Assembly: GCA_951406725.2 (NCBI GenBank)
Contig: OX597818.1
Location: 89,466,001 to 89,530,000, forward strand
Origin: Octopus vulgaris
Taxonomy: Eukaryota
Reading direction: 5' to 3'
Length of the DNA: 64,000 nt
This document shows, one piece after another, positions 12,247 to 28,044 of this stretch (positions are counted from its first letter, which is position 1; every line of letters starts with the position of its first letter). The notes beneath the pieces are model-generated. The model did not search any database. It worked only from the letters and a program-made list of their open reading frames with translations, and was not told the DNA's origin. Both the position numbers and the translations under genes were made by a program.

Positions 12247-14289
12247 TATGTAATACAGTGATAGATTGAATTGACCAAAGTTTGGGGAAAATCTTTCTCT
12301 ATCCCCACATAGGACCCTTTATTGACTTAGCCATTTTCCCCTTCACTTAACAATAAAAGAACAATTAATTTCATCACCACTGTTATTAACATACAATGAG
12401 AAGGAATACTAATAGAATGCCTTCCATTATTTGTATGATTTCTATTTATTATAGCAATTTTATTCCAACTTTCACTACCAGTTTTAGCAGATTCCATTCA
12501 CATACTCTTAACTGATTGTAACTTTAACACTACATTTTTTGACTCAAGAGGTTGGGGAGACCCAGTTCTATACCAACACTTATTTTGATTCTTCAGGCAT
12601 TCAGAAGTATCTACGAGTATTTTAATTTTACCAGGATTTAAAGGCAGCAAGCTGGCAGAAACGTTAGCATGCCAGGTAAAATGTTTAGCAGTAGTTCGTC
12701 TCTCTTTACATTCTGAGTTCAAATTCCGTTGATGTTGACTTTGCCTTTCATCCTTTTGGAGTCGATAAATTAAGTACCAGTTGCATACTTGGGCTGATCT
12801 AATCGACTGAGCCCCTCCCCAAACATTTTGGGGCCTTGTGCCTAGAGTAGAAAAGAATTTTACCGGGATTTGGTATAATTTTTTACACGATTTCTTATTA
12901 TTCACTTAAAAATGGAAACATGTGGAAGACTCGATATATGGCACTCTGTCTGTTATAATGACAAGGATTCCAGTTGATCAGATCAACAGAACAGCCTGCT
13001 TGTGAAATTAACATGTAAGTGGCTGAGCACTTCACAAACATATATACCCTTAACCCATTCATGCCAAAATTTTTCTACTGAATGAAATTGTCTGAAAATT
13101 CACAGATACTATCATTTTGACCTAAATAACTGAAAAAAATTTCATTGAAATCCGTTTGATACAGACTGCATACGTGTTAAGAACATGTTTCATTCTTTGA
13201 TACAGATCATACACATATCACAATTGGTATCAAGTATTTGTTTTATGCCTTTATAAATTAAGTGTCAGTTTAAACGGACGATCAGTGAGATACAGAATGT
13301 GACAAAGTCATTTGAAATACAGGTACTACTCAATTTTATCAGCTGAGTGGACTGTAACAAAGTGAAATAAAGTGTTTTGTCCAAAGATACAACACGTCAC
13401 CAGGAATTGAACACAAGAGCTTACAATTGTGAGCTAAATACTCTAACCACTAAGCCATGCGCTCTCACAGGAAACTTGGTATAATTTATGCTATATTATC
13501 TCTTGGTCTATTAGACTTTATTGTATGAGCCTATCATTGGTTTACCATTGGTATAGGCACAGAGAACTCTTTCTACATTTGGAAGAATGGTAAATTAGAC
13601 AAATCAGATAGGCAGAAAATATAGCAAAAGGGAGAACTGAAACTATTGCAAGCTCAGTAGCATACCATCGATTTTGGCCACCTTGTATGTATGGTAGCTA
13701 AATCAGCCATTCCCTTTCTTAAATGTAACAAACCTTTGACTACAGCCAATCTACAAGCATAAAGTGGCCGCCCGTGCTGGCTTGCATACCTCATGCTCTG
13801 CCATTGGCTCATTCATGTACATGTGTATGTGTGTGTGTGATTGATGCAGTCAGGGCTGTATAGTAAAAAATTTGCTTCCCAACTACATGGTTCTGGGTTC
13901 ACTTCATGAACCCAGAACAATGTAACTTGGGCAAGTGTTTTCTGCTATAGCCCCAAGCTGACCAAAGTATTGTGAGTGGATTTGGTTGATGGAAACTGAA
14001 AGAAGTCTGTCATGTATTTATAGCTTTTATCTTTCACTTGTTTCAGTCATTCAACCTATTTCTTTACTACCCACAAGGGGCTAAACACAGAGAGGACAGA
14101 CAAATGGATTAAGTTGATTACATTGACCCCAGTGCGTAACTGGTACTTAATTTATTGACCCCGAAAGGATGGAAGGCAAAGTTGACCTCGGCGGAATTTG
14201 AACTCAGAACATAACGGCAGACGAAATACGGCTACGCATTTTGCCCGGTGTGCTAATGTTTCTGCCAGCTTGCTGCTTTGTTTCAGTCA

Positions 14290-15030
14290 TTCAACCATTC
14301 ATCGACACCTGCATCCTATTGGAAAAGTCAGCAAATTGGGTCAATGGGTTCCTCACAAACTTTCCAAGTCTAATTGTGCCCAGAGAGTGAATGTTTGCTC
14401 TTCTCAAGAATGAACCTTTTTTGAACCGAATAGCAACTGGTGATGAGAAATGGGTTCTCTATAAAAATGTCAAGTGCCGAAGACAGTGGGTAGGGAAAAG
14501 AGAAACACTGGCACTCCAGGCTAAAGAAGGTCTTCTCCCATGTAAGGTGTTGTTATGTGTTTGGTGGAATATGAAAGATTTAGTCTACTTTGAACTTTTA
14601 AACCCAAACCAAATGATAACAAATGAGATCTACTGCGAGCAGCTTGAGCGGCTTAAGTTGGCACTAGAAGAAAAATTACCATCTTTGGTTTCAAGATGAA
14701 AGGTGCTCTTCCATCAGGATAGTGTTCTGCCACATACAGCGAGGCTGACATTCCAAAGGCTGGAGCAGTTTGAATGGGAAACAATGTCCTACCCACCTTA
14801 TTCACCAGACATTGTCCCATCAGATTATCATTTATTCCACAGTCTTCAAAATCATTTGGATGGACAAAATATGAATTCTGTAGACAAGGTTGGAACAGTA
14901 CTAGAGGAGTATTTTTCATCACAGACAAGTGAACTTTGGAAGAGGGGCCTTGCAAGTCTAGCAGATAGATGGAAGAGCATTATAGAAAATGAAAGAGAGT
15001 ATAGTTTTATTAATCTTAATTTAAAAAAAT
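14290..15030 (+). mobile_element. 5'-truncated mariner transposase pseudogene, same family as 41609-42497
   Basis: WVPHKL, TGDEKW, PPYSPDIVPSDYHLF; nucleotide similarity to the 41.7-42.0 kb segment. Confidence 0.93.
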
Positions 15031-16770
15031 AAAATATAAAAAAACTGTAAACATAGGCCATGACAAAAGTGTATCTGGGTTTCTTGACAAGTTGCATGAT
15101 CTTTGTAAACAAAAGGCTTATTCATATGACGTTATGTTTCCAGTTGTCTGCATATGTCCAGTCAGGGTTGGTATCAGGAAGGATATCCAGCTTTTCAAAA
15201 TTCTGCTCCAATGCAAGTATGGCAAAAGTAGGCATTAAAACAATGGTGATGCAATGACAAACATTCGCTCAATAGCAAACAGAAAACTTGAACAAACAAC
15301 AATAACAACTTGTTATTACTAGAATACATTTTTTATTTTATTCTTCTCATATTGTAATATACAAAAGATATCGCTACTCTGTATTACAGTGGTATACTGG
15401 TATAATAAACTCTGTATGACATGTCTGATAGAAGTCCCTCTTGTTTCCTGCCCCACCCTCTATCTCTGACAATAGTGCTTTGATATGATCATACAATATG
15501 AGACGTACCTGATAAACCAAACCATAAGCATTTCCTATGACAATGATGGCAGATTCATCTGTCGTAAACAACAAATGAGGATTCCACAACTTCTTACTGA
15601 GAAATCTGCATAGATGATTTGTTTAAAGTGATCAAATGTTTGTGTTGTACAACAGCTCACTCACTCCATTGAGTCAATGTCGTCTGTCAATTTGATAAGC
15701 AATGTCAAATCATGAATGGTGTGCCACCCGTCAGATGTCAAAGTGATTACAGAGCAATATGAAATAGAGTGTTTTACTCACCTAAACTAGGAACTGAAAC
15801 CATGATCTTGTGGTCGTGAGTGCAACACCTTGACCACTGAGCTATGTGATACAAAGATTCAATTACATACACTCTCATTTGTGTCTCGATAGGATTATGT
15901 TCTTTTTAATGATAGAAGTATCTGGGGATAACAGATCCCATCAGACATGTCTAGCACAACTTTGTTCTCTGTTCTATATGACAGTGATAACCTTACTATG
16001 ATAAACTAACAGACATGGCAAGGATATGTTTGATAAAGTCCTGTCATGCATATTTGCAAGAATTATCAAACATATGTGATAAATTCTGGGGAAAATGTTC
16101 AACAGAACTTTAGTACATGTCCCAACAGATCAGATATGCTGTTGCATTTTTGAAATTGTATTTTTGTATTTTCTCTCTTGTTCTCTCTCCATTCTTTGGA
16201 TACATGGTGGGTTTTGAAACTCCTCATAGTGCAGGGAAGTTTATATGAGTGTTTAAGTATATATGTATGAAAATTTGAAACATTATTGTGCCACAGAAAC
16301 ACACACAAAGAAAAAAGGAGAAAAATAAACAAATTTAAATATAAACTTGTCAAATGTTTGTGTGTACGTGTCTGTGTGTGTGTGTGAGAGAGAGAGAAAG
16401 GTAGAAGAGAGTTGACAAAATTGCTTAATCAAAAAAAAACCCAAAAGGATAATAAGAAAGAAAAATACCTAATAACTGAAACTTGTAAAAGAATGAAAGG
16501 AAAAAATTACTTGCACATACATACATACACACATATGGGTATTCACACACACACACACACACACACAGATACACACATTGGTTTGAAATTTTGGCACAAG
16601 GCCAGCAATTTCTGGGGAGTGGGTAAGTTGAATTCATTAACCCCAGTAATCAACTGGTACTTTTATATATATATATATATATATATGTATATGTATATGT
16701 ATGTATATATATATATGTAGGTGTGTATATATATATATATGTAGGTGTATATATATATATATATATATGC

Positions 16771-16865
<95 letters not shown>

Positions 16866-18859
16866 CAAGAAGCAATACCAATGACTAAAATTGAAATGAT
16901 GATATGTTTAAATTAGGATACCATAAAAATTAGGTATGTAAATATACCTAATTGTTACATGGACATGAAACATGATATTTGCAGCAATGTTGCAAAGGAA
17001 ATGATATGACTGTGGCTCACTGATACACAGACACACAATCACAGATGTTGATATCTATAACAACAGGGTGTAAAGGCTCTATGTTTAAAGGAAGATAAAA
17101 ATGGGATTTTATAACATTCATGTTACTTCACCAAGGACATTTGCAATATAATTGAGAAGAAATAGCCACAATCTGAGATTAAAACTACTCATCCCAAAAC
17201 TCACATGACTTTCCTGATGTGCAAGATGTTGTATTATTTGATATCAGAATAAGGCCATAAAATTTTAATGAGATTATGTGATGTTCATGCCTTTCTGAAA
17301 ATTCCATTAATAATGTAAATTAAAGTGAAGCAGCTACACTGGGAAAGAAACTGAACCCCCCTAAATTCAGTACGAGGAACTTACTTATTGCCAAACAATG
17401 CTTGTAATGTGTTAAGAAATACCAGACAATGAGAACCCATAATGACAATATACTGTATGAGACATGCCCGACTCATGCCAGCATGAAAAAGAAATATAAA
17501 CTGATATGTATGTGTTTGTATGTATGTATATATATATATATATACATATACATACAAGTTAATTAAAGGATATATTAACTTCTTAAAGGGATGATTACGT
17601 CCAAGAAAACACTGGTTCTATACCTCATTACTTTATGTCTTTGGGAAATAAAATTCCCCTCAATCAACAGGTATATATTAAGTATATAATCCATATTAAA
17701 TTAAGACAAGAAAATGGAGAATCAGTAGTTATAGGCACAGGAGTGGCTGTGTGATAAGTAGCTTACTTACGAACCACATTGTTCTGGGTTCAGTCCCATT
17801 GTGTGGCACCTTGGGTAAGTGTCTTCTACTATAGCTTCGGGCCGACCAAAGCCTTGTGAGTGGATTTGGTAGACGGAAACTGAAAGTGGCCCGTTGTATA
17901 TATGTATATGTTTGTATGTGTGTGTTTGTCCTCCCAACATCGCTTAACAACCGATGCTGGTGTGTTTACGTCCCCGTAATAGGCTTACAAAGAATAAGTC
18001 CTGGGGTTGTTTTGCTCGACTAAAGGTGGTGCTCCAGCATGGCCGCTGTCAAATGACTGAAACAAGTAAAAGAGTATTTATTAATAAATTGATAATCATT
18101 TCTTCCTGCAGCTGTTTTCTTTTATACTTATTGAATAAATTACAAATTTATGCATTAAATTTGCATTTATATGTTATGAGCAAAATATCATTAGGGAAAA
18201 GGACATCATCATCATCATCATCATTTAACGTCAGACATTAAAAAAATTACATGTTGACCTATGTGTTCATTTCAGCAGACTGGAATGATCAGATAAGTCA
18301 ACATGTGATTTTTAATGTCTAACTTTTCCCTGATCATATTTTGCTCATAACTTATAAATGCAAATTCAGTTCATAAATTTATAATTTATTCAATGAGTAT
18401 AAATGGAAACAGCTGTAGGAAGAAATAATTAACAATTAATCAATAAATAAATATTATCCAGTAACTTCTACTGGCATATTAAAAAATTTTCATTTTTATC
18501 TTAATGAAAACAGAGGCAAAAGAGAGAGAGAGATTGTTGCAATTGAAAACGAAAAATTTCACCTACAACAAATTGTTTATTATTCAAGTAAACATTAAAA
18601 TCTACTCTGCAGTGAATGCAGTGAATATTTAAATTGGTGAAAAACTTGTACTTCAAATATTCAATAAATCTCAGAAATCGAAATTACAGGAAATTTATTG
18701 GAACATGAATTTATAAAAGAATTTCCAGACAGTCAAGTCTTTAATGATTGCTTTCTTTTAGTAACTGATACATACCTAATTAACGAGCAGCTTTCTCCAT
18801 TATAATATAGATAGATAGGTAGATACACGTACATGCAAATTAATACCACTCACACCCCT

Positions 18860-19375
18860 TATTTTGTTGATGACCTTTAGCTATATTCAATTAACATTTA
18901 CAACACCAGAAGACAATTAAAACTTTTACAAAACAAAAGAATGCAGTTTGGTCAGGATAAATGCTCGTTTTGGGGAGTCAAACAAGGAATGAGTGCTGAC
19001 AAGACAAAGAATATGGAGTTTAATGGACTGGCAGTCTCCAATGGAGAATGCAAAAAGTATCTTAGAACAGATGAGAATATTGCATAAGCTGGCACTGTGT
19101 AAAGCCAGGGAGATAAAGAGAATGCTTTGGTAGACTGGAAGTTATGGAAGTCATAGCTGTTTGCAAACAATAAGACTATATACATCCATAATGCTTTTGC
19201 AGTGTTAGTGCAAGGACCAACATTGGGTTACTGTCCGGGCACATGAAGTGCTCTATTACCTAGACATGAAGACTAGAAATATACTAGTAATTACTGGTAT
19301 TTTCCATACCAACAATGACACTGACAGGGATTATGATAAATGGAAGGATGGAAACATAGGTAGACGGTCAGTCCA
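18860..19375 (+). mobile_element. Degenerate R4/Dong-like non-LTR RT fragment
   Basis: FVDDL*LY, MQFGQDKC, KYL, LDMKTRNIL...G.FH...D.DR remnants. Confidence 0.65.
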
Positions 19376-19860
19376 GGTAATTTTAGCATTGAGATTTCTT
19401 TGTCAAATATATTGCTTATTTATTCATATTGTCTTGAATTAATCATACATTACTTTGTAGATTCAAGACTTCAGTAGAGTGTTTGTATATTTTTAGAATG
19501 ACATTGTAGGGTAGGAGTGAGAAGTTGGATCAGGTCAGTTTTAACATAAAACAGGTGGAATATTTGGGCTGGATATGGCCAAATTAAATGTCACATTGTA
19601 TAACTTGGCTAACACCCACCAAACAGTCATGCAAGAAATGAATATATTATTGTGTACTCAACAGTGAAAATAGTTTCTTAAGAGCAAGTGAAGAACTCTT
19701 ATGAGCTACTCTGAGTGTATGACTGTTACATGTAACCTATGAGTAATTTAGCTAATTGTCAAAAACAGAAATTTGGAAGGGAAATAATCATCCAATAATA
19801 CTATACTTGTTCCACGTCCTCGGGTTGTTGTGTTTTCTCTTTGTGTTTTCATGTTTGGAT

Positions 19861-19901
<41 letters not shown>

Positions 19902-20659
19902 CTAAATTGCAGAAAACAAAAGACAAAGACAGGTAAGAGAACAACTAGCAGGTATATTAGTTTGCCACTCAGGAAGAATGGAAAAGTCTTTGATATATCG
20001 AGCCTATGGTCTTTGACAGAAAAGGGAGGCAAAATAAAAAATGGAGAGAATGAAAAATAAATGTGTAGGGATTAACAGCTCAACATTATATATATATATA
20101 TATATATATATATGGGGTGGGAGTAAGCCCATGATGAAATAGTAGGAGCACCATGTAAATATTAAACCTGGTGGGGCCCATACAACTCCAGATCTAAGCA
20201 CAGTGAATTTCTGCCAGAGAGACAGGGAGAGAAAAGAACTGAACCCCAGTACAAGACTGTTACTTTATTTATCAACTCGTAAAGGATGAAAGATAAAGGT
20301 GGCTTTGGTGGGATTTGAGGATTTGAACTCACAACACTGAGAATCAAAACAAAGAGTGCATAGCAGTCGACCCAATGCTGTACTGACTCTGCCAACTCAT
20401 ATACACACACACACATATGTGTGTGAATGTATACAAAGCACCAAAATAAGAGTTTTATTAAAAACATCATCAAAATATCTGAGTGAATCAGAGAGCATAT
20501 GGTTAAATAATAAGAACTGGACTGCAAGAGGAATTTATTGGGGTTGGATAAACTGATGGATGGTTTCTGGTATAGCTAGCATTTTATAGTTTGCATGCAT
20601 GCATGCATGCATGCATGCATGCATACATACATACATACATACATACATACATACATACA

Positions 20660-20695
<36 letters not shown>

Positions 20696-20708
20696 TATGT
20701 GTGTGTGT

Positions 20709-21013
20709 GGAGGCGCAATGGCCTAGTGGTTAGGGCAGCGGACTCGCAGTTGCAGGATCGCGGTTTCAATTCCCAGACTGGGTGTTGTGAGTGTTTATTG
20801 AGCGAAAACACCTAAAAGCTCCACGAGGCTCCAGCAGGGGGTGGTGATCCCTGCTGTACTCTTTCACCACTCTTTCTCCCACTCTTTTTTCTGTTGGCCT
20901 GCTCGCTTAGCCAGCGGGGTGGCGTCCATTCGAAAGCTAAAACAATGCAAACGCATTGTGACCAGCGATGTGTAACAACATCTGATGGTCTGGTCGGTCA
21001 CGTGATCACGTGA
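20709..21013 (+). mobile_element. tRNA-derived SINE family D in microsatellite; second copy at about 39045-39345, partial copy at about 29486-29595 (-)
   Basis: ggaggcgcaatggcctagtggttagg..ggtttcaattccc head; (TA)n flanks. Confidence 0.85.
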
Positions 21014-23806
21014 TATATATATATATATATATACCATTTAGTTAAAAAAATGTGAAGCAAATTTCATGTTTGCAGCTCTTAGAGATTGTATAAAAATATA
21101 TACACACCTATATACACAAAGATATCTATACATGTATATCTATAAAAACACACACACATATGTATGGATGTATATGCTTATATAAACACATATGGTAGCC
21201 TGCAATACTGAACTTAATTCCTTTTCAAGGTTTGAAAAGATGAAGGCGTCAATACTCTTGTTTGCAACTCAAATTCAAAAGAGCCAATCACTATCACTTG
21301 TTGATATTCTTTTATTGGTTCCAGTTAGTAAGTTGTGGCCATACTGGAGCAAAGCCATCAAAAGATATATTTAGCACCTTGGTTTTCCCAAGTAGTTACC
21401 CATCTATGTAGGTAACAGGTTTGGCATTGCATAACTTGGGTGACCAGATACAAAAAAAAAACACAAACCCAGTGTTATCAGCATGTATGAAAAAAAAAGA
21501 ACAATTATACAAAATATTTGGTGGGAGGGAAAAGTACATACGCACACATACAAAATAATTAGCTTAGTTTGGTAAAGAAAGCATTTAATTTGAAAATAAA
21601 GAATGACAAACTTGTGTTCATATCAGAACACACACACACACAAAACACCCCTTTATAATATTACAAACAAAAATAACTTTAATTTAGTTTTCTATCCTCT
21701 CCTATTTAGAATGTAGCTATGTAATAAAATGGTTCTTATAAGTTATACTTTATGTTCCTCAAAGTATCATCGATTCTTTGATAGTGGTATAACATATCTG
21801 TTTAGCAATATATCTATCAATGTGTTGTGACACATTTCTAATTAGTATATAGCTATGTAGAAGGCAGGTCGTCATTTTAATTATGAAATTTTCAGTCAGA
21901 CTTACATGATATGTTTGTTTTGAGAGATCGTTAGATAAATTTTTATTTGATCATTAATCAATGGCGAATGTGTGTTTAAACAAAATGCAGATGCATATAT
22001 AATGGTTATACGAATGATTTCCAAAAGAGCATGCTGGATGATATGTACTTAAAATGTTAGGCGCTGGCATGGCTTGCTTCCCAACCACATGGTTCTCGGT
22101 TCAGTCCCACTACATGACACTTTTGGCAAGTGTCTTCTACTATAGCCTCAGGCCAACCAAAGCCTTGTGAGTGGATTTGGCAGACAGAAAATGAAAGAAG
22201 CCTGCTGTATATACATATATATATACACATGCATATGCGTGTGTCTTTGTCCCCCCATCATTGCTTGACAACCAGTGTTTGTGTGTTTATGTCCCTGTAA
22301 CCTAGCAGTTCAGCAAAGAGACCAATAAAATAAGTACTAAGCTTTAAAAAAAATAAGCTCTAGAATCGAATTGTTCAACTATAAATTCTTCAAGGCAGTG
22401 CTCCCTAATCCTAACCCTAAACAACAACAACAACAACAACAATATTCCTTTGTACTTTAGGCACAATACCTGAAGTTTGACTACAAGGGGTTAGTTGATT
22501 ACAACAACCCTAGTACATGATTGGTACTTTATTTTATCAACCCTGAAAGGATGAAAGGCAAAGTGGGCCTCAATAACATTTGAGCTCAGAATGTAAAGAG
22601 CCGGAAGAAATACCACTAGGTATTTTGTCAGTTATGCTAATGATTCCGCTAGCTCCCTAATTTAATAATGATAATAATAATAATCCTTTCTATGATAGGC
22701 ACATGGCCTGGAATTTGAGGGGAGGGGATGGTCGTTTGCATCAACCCCCCAGTACTTACTTGACTAGTACTTAATTTATAGACCCTGAAAGGATGAAAGG
22801 CAAATTTGATTTTGGCAGAATTTGAACTCAGAACCTAGCGACAGATGAAATACCGCTAAGTATTTTGTCCAGTGTGCTTCATCATAATGAGAAGAGGAAG
22901 GAGGAGGAGGAGAAGAAGGAGAAGAAGAATCCTTTCTACTATAGGCACAAAACCTGAAATTTTAGGGGTAGTGGCTTGTCACTTATATTGACCCTAGTGC
23001 TTAACTGGTACCTAGTTTCATTGACCCCGAAAGGATGAAAGACAAAGTCGACCGTCGTTGAATTTGAACTCAGAGACAAATGCCATTAAGCATTTTGTCT
23101 GGCATGATATTATTTCTGCCAGCTTGCCATCTTGATAATAATAATGATGATGATGATGATGATGATGACACTGATGATCATGATGAAATAATTTTGTTTA
23201 GCCAGCTGTCAACATGGCCTGGTGTCCACCTCTCATGATTAGTGCATAGTTATATTTCAGAGTGGCCTCTATTTTGAGAAGAAATTTGCAACCAGTCCAG
23301 TCCAGTCCAGTCCAAAGTGTTAAATTAGTTTTAATAAACAGTATATTATGTCTATTCATTTAGATAAAATGTAGGTCATTATTTCCTGTTTTGTGCATAG
23401 CTAAAGAAACATTAAGGGATGGTCTCAGTTTTTATCAAGCAGATATTTTGCCAATGGCTCAAGACACACACACACACACACATGTATATATGTATGTGTG
23501 TGTCTGTGTAAATATATTGGAGTGTCTCAAAGCACAGACATAAAGCTATAAGTAATAGCATGTAAATATTGGATTTATGCTTTATGTGTGTTTGTGTGTA
23601 TGTGTGTGTTTGTGTGTATGTGCAAGTCTTAAATAAAGTGCATATGTCCTGATTATAGAATTTAATACCAGAGAACCACATTCGTCTCTGTATCTGTTGC
23701 GAAGATTGTCAGAGATATATATATATATATATAAAAAGGAGTAGTTTTACTCATAGAGTAAAATATTAAAAAATTATTCAAAACTAAAATAACAACAACA
23801 AAAACA

Positions 23807-23844
<38 letters not shown>

Positions 23845-24041
23845 AGCACCAAAACAATTGTGTTCATAAACTAAGTTGCAAAACAATTAAAAGTCTGTAC
23901 ATATTTTTCCTTTTTTTTTGTTTGTTTTTAGCTTTCTTTCTTTCTTGTTTGTAAAAAAATAAAAATAAAAGTTAAAAAGTTCTCAGTTTAGATCAAAATA
24001 ATTGCTATATCATCTTTTACAATATTACCACATACCTGAAG

Positions 24042-24156
<115 letters not shown>

Positions 24157-24806
24157 GTATATATATGTATATATATATATATATATATATACTTTTTTTC
24201 TTAAATACATGCTAGCATGCTTGAATAAACTATGTGGACAGTTGACTGATCTCGCAGCCATCCTGCCTCAACACACATACAAATACTTACAACAAAAAAA
24301 AAACTAACAACACAAGTCCTTTTTATAGGTAGAAAACTTCAACATCCATTCATAGCATTAACTTACAATTAAGACACACAAAGTGTACATATTTTTTTTA
24401 AAAATTTCATTCTGATGTCTACTAGCCTGCCACTAGGTACAAAATATATACTAACATTCACTTACTGACTATCATTTACAACACCAGTAAATACTAATCT
24501 AGTATCACTACAATCATTTACTCGGATTTACTCTGAGATGCTTATAAGTCTTTAAAATACTCTTATCACCATCCTTTTCAAAAATGGTGGCTTTTCAAAG
24601 CTTTTTAGAGTAAATGGTAATATATTTCACAAAAGCAAAATTACTTCTCAAGGGTTCTAATTAGAGGGGCTTTGGATGAAATTATACATTGCAATACACA
24701 TATATCTATATATACACCCCTATACACATTTATACATGCATGCACTTATACATACACACACGTATAAAAACACATACAAAAATATGCGCAGACATATTTT
24801 TAAAAA

Positions 24807-24839
<33 letters not shown>

Positions 24840-25034
24840 GTAAACATCTACAGATCTGAAATAAGTCAAGATTATAGTCTCAAAAATTATAATCTTATAT
24901 ACATATATACACACATATTTTGCGTAAAAACCTTTAATGCATTATATAGTCAAGACTTTAAAATGAAACATAGATACTCTATTTTAGCCTTGCATATACA
25001 CAGCCTAGCCTACAAAATACATATACATATATAT

Positions 25035-25085
<51 letters not shown>

Positions 25086-26095
25086 CAATCTTATATAGCA
25101 TGGACACATCAGCTAGCTGAAAACATGTTAACTCACAGGGGAGTCTAGTTAATGAAAAAAGGCAGATTGTACAAAATTTTTATTATGTATGACCTTGTAA
25201 CCATGGATACCATACACACAGATTATATATATATATATATATATATATAGATATAAATATACATATATGTATATGTTGACATTTCCTGTCAAGAAATTGT
25301 ATGCAAGTATTCTTTAAAAAATCCCTTATTTGGAAAGCAAGTAAGGGTTGGCGACAGGAAGAGCATCCAGCTGTGAAAATCCTGCCTCAAATTTACTCCC
25401 ATGTAAACCATGCTAGCATGGAAAACAGGCACTAAATGAAACGAATGAATGAACAATACACACACACACACATACATATAATTTGTGTGTGTATGTATAT
25501 ATATATATATATTTGAAATTTATAGAAAAACAAAAGCAGGTGTATTAGTTTGATGCTTGTGAAAATGAAATATATATGATACATATAATATAATGTAATA
25601 TATATATACACACACAAATATTTATGTAAATATATATAGACACATATACATACATGTATATACATATATGTAATTATAAGTTGGTTGAACACAATACAAG
25701 ACACCACTAACATTTTGCTCACATAAAAAAAAAACTCATGGCTTGAACTAAAGAATTGCATGAAATAGTTGTCCATGAGTTAACTGCCAATAGTTGCCAG
25801 CATTGGTTTCACGTTGATCAAATTAAATACTCTCCTTTATGAAATTGAGTACTTAATCTTTTTTTCCTTCATAATTATTAACGTACACACATATACAGAC
25901 ATATAAACACATGTGCACAAACTTGACAGTTTAGCACAGGAATGGAATACAAATTGAAACTAAAAAGAAAATCATGTTATGATAGAAATGAAAATGATGA
26001 CCACAACAAAAGTCTGCTGAGATGCAGATAGTGGATGGAATCAGAGTTGGTAGGAAGACTTTTGAATAAGTCGATATACTGATATCTTCTTTTGT

Positions 26096-26116
26096 TTAAA
26101 GCCTCTCGTGGGTGTT
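26096..26116 (-). CDS. SLC26A5-like: SLC26 terminal coding exon NTHERL*, followed by the 3' UTR
   Basis: very strong acceptor (ttttcttttctttttttccctccag|AAC); phase 0 gives 6 codons + TAA; followed by about 3 kb of transposon-poor sequence. Confidence 0.7.
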   Translation of the reverse strand, partial: NTHERL

Positions 26117-27604
26117 CTGGAGGGAAAAAAAGAAAAGAAAAGATATTTAGTTTATAACAAATAAATATTGCAATAATGTAATGAATGAAGATTCTTTTCT
26201 ACTCTAGGCACAGGGCTCAAAATTTTTAGGGAGGGGTCCAGTTGATTAGATTGACCCCAGTTCGCAAATGCTACTTAATTTATCAACCCCGAAAGGATGA
26301 AAGGCAAAGTTGACCTCGTCGGAATTTGAACAAGAACATAAAAACAGACGAAATACCTATTTCTTTACTACCCACAAAGAGCTAAACACAGAGAGGACAA
26401 ACAAGGACAGACAAACGGATTAAGTCGATTATATTGACCCCAGTGCATAATTGGTACTTATTTAATCTACCCTGAAAGGATGAACAGCAAAGTCGACCTC
26501 GGCAGAATTTGAACTCAGAACATAACGGCAGACGAAATACCTATTTCTTTACTACCCACAAAGAGGACAAACAAGGTCAGACAAACGGATTAAGTCGATT
26601 ATATTGATCCCAGTGTGTAACTGGTACTTATTTAATTGACCCCGAAAAGATGAAAGGCAAAGTCAACCCCGGCGGAATTTGAACTCAGAACGTAACGGCA
26701 GACGAAATACGGCTACGCATTTCGCCCGGTATGCTAACGTTTCTGCCAGCTCGCCGTCTTTAATGAATGCATATTAACCATATAATAGCTATCATAAAAC
26801 ATAGAAGTGAAATAACTGGCACTCTGTTGGTTGTTATGATGATCAGGGCTCCAGTTGATCTGATCAATGTAACAGTCTGCTTGTGAAATTAATGTGTAAA
26901 TGGCTGAGCACTCTAGACATGTACTCTTAATGTAGTTCTCAGGAAGATTCAGCAGGACACAAAATGTGAGAAAGCTGGTCCTTTGAAATACAAGTACTAC
27001 CCATTTTTACCATACAAAATACTTTGAAATACAAGTACTACCCATTTGGGACTGGAGCAACATGAAATAAAGCATTTTGCTCAAGGACACAACACACAGC
27101 TGGGAACTGAACTCCCGACTTTACGATCATGAGCTAAGTATCCTTACCACTAAGCATTGCAGCTTCAGAGGTGAAATATTGTAGTCTTAATAGATGCATA
27201 ACAAAATAGTATAAAACATACATTTTTAGATGTGTCTAATGTTGCGGGGACATGTTCAGTAAAGTGGTGGGTGTTAGGAAGGGCATCCAGCTGTAGAAAC
27301 TAAGTGCGTATATGTTTGTGTGTCTGTGTTTGTCCCCACAACATCGCTTGACAACTGACACTGGTGTGTTTACATCTCCGTAACTTAGCAGTTTGGCAAA
27401 AGAGACCGACAGAATAAGTACCAGGCTTACAAAGAATAAGTCCTGGGGTCGATTTGCTCAACTAAAGGCAGTGCTCCAGCATGGCCGCAGTCAAACGACT
27501 GAAACAAGAAAAAAGAGAGTAATAATCTTTAAGCAGGAAGTGTGTTGCTTCATTTGCGCAGCATTAAAATCAAACCAAGAATTATGAGTGTTATAATATC
27601 CTAG

Positions 27605-27935
27605 GATTGCTGAGAGCCCCTTCAGTCATGACTGACCATGAGATTGCACCTAGAAAGTTACCCTCCTAGGCACAAGTCCGGGCAAGGTTGTTTATGGAAG
27701 ACCAGCAGTCGCCCATGCATACTGGCCTCCCTTCTCCACACCACAAAGGAAAGGCAAAGGCCGATACAGCTTGGCACCTGTGACGTCACAACTCATTTCT
27801 ACAGCTGAGTGAACTGGAACAATGTGAAATAAAATGTCTTGCTCAAGAACACAACATGCAGCCTGGTCCGGGATTCGAACTCACAACCTCACGATTTTAA
27901 GTTCGACGCTCTAACCACTGAGCCATGTGCCTTCA
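27605..27935 (-). mobile_element. tRNA-derived SINE family E; relatives at about 12940-13470, 15645-15850 and 26815-27165
   Basis: tggctcagtggttagagc...gagttcgaatccc head followed by cttgagcaagac core. Confidence 0.8.
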
Positions 27936-28044
27936 CTATCCTAGGATTAATGAATTACATAATAGGTTAATTTTTGCATGATTAGCTCTAAACAGATGAA
28001 GTTGTAAGTTCAAAAGTTGAAGAAAAGAAAAAGAAGAAACCAAC

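Noticed and set aside
20126-20177. Possible hammerhead relic gccc-ATGATGA-aata..tatt-AAAC-ctgGTg-gggc
   Set aside because: Three core positions deviate; too degenerate to call
27855-27935. tRNA-like sequence (also at 20709-20785 and 39045-39120)
   Set aside because: No proper acceptor stem, and it runs directly into a repeated SINE body; this is a SINE head, not a tRNA gene
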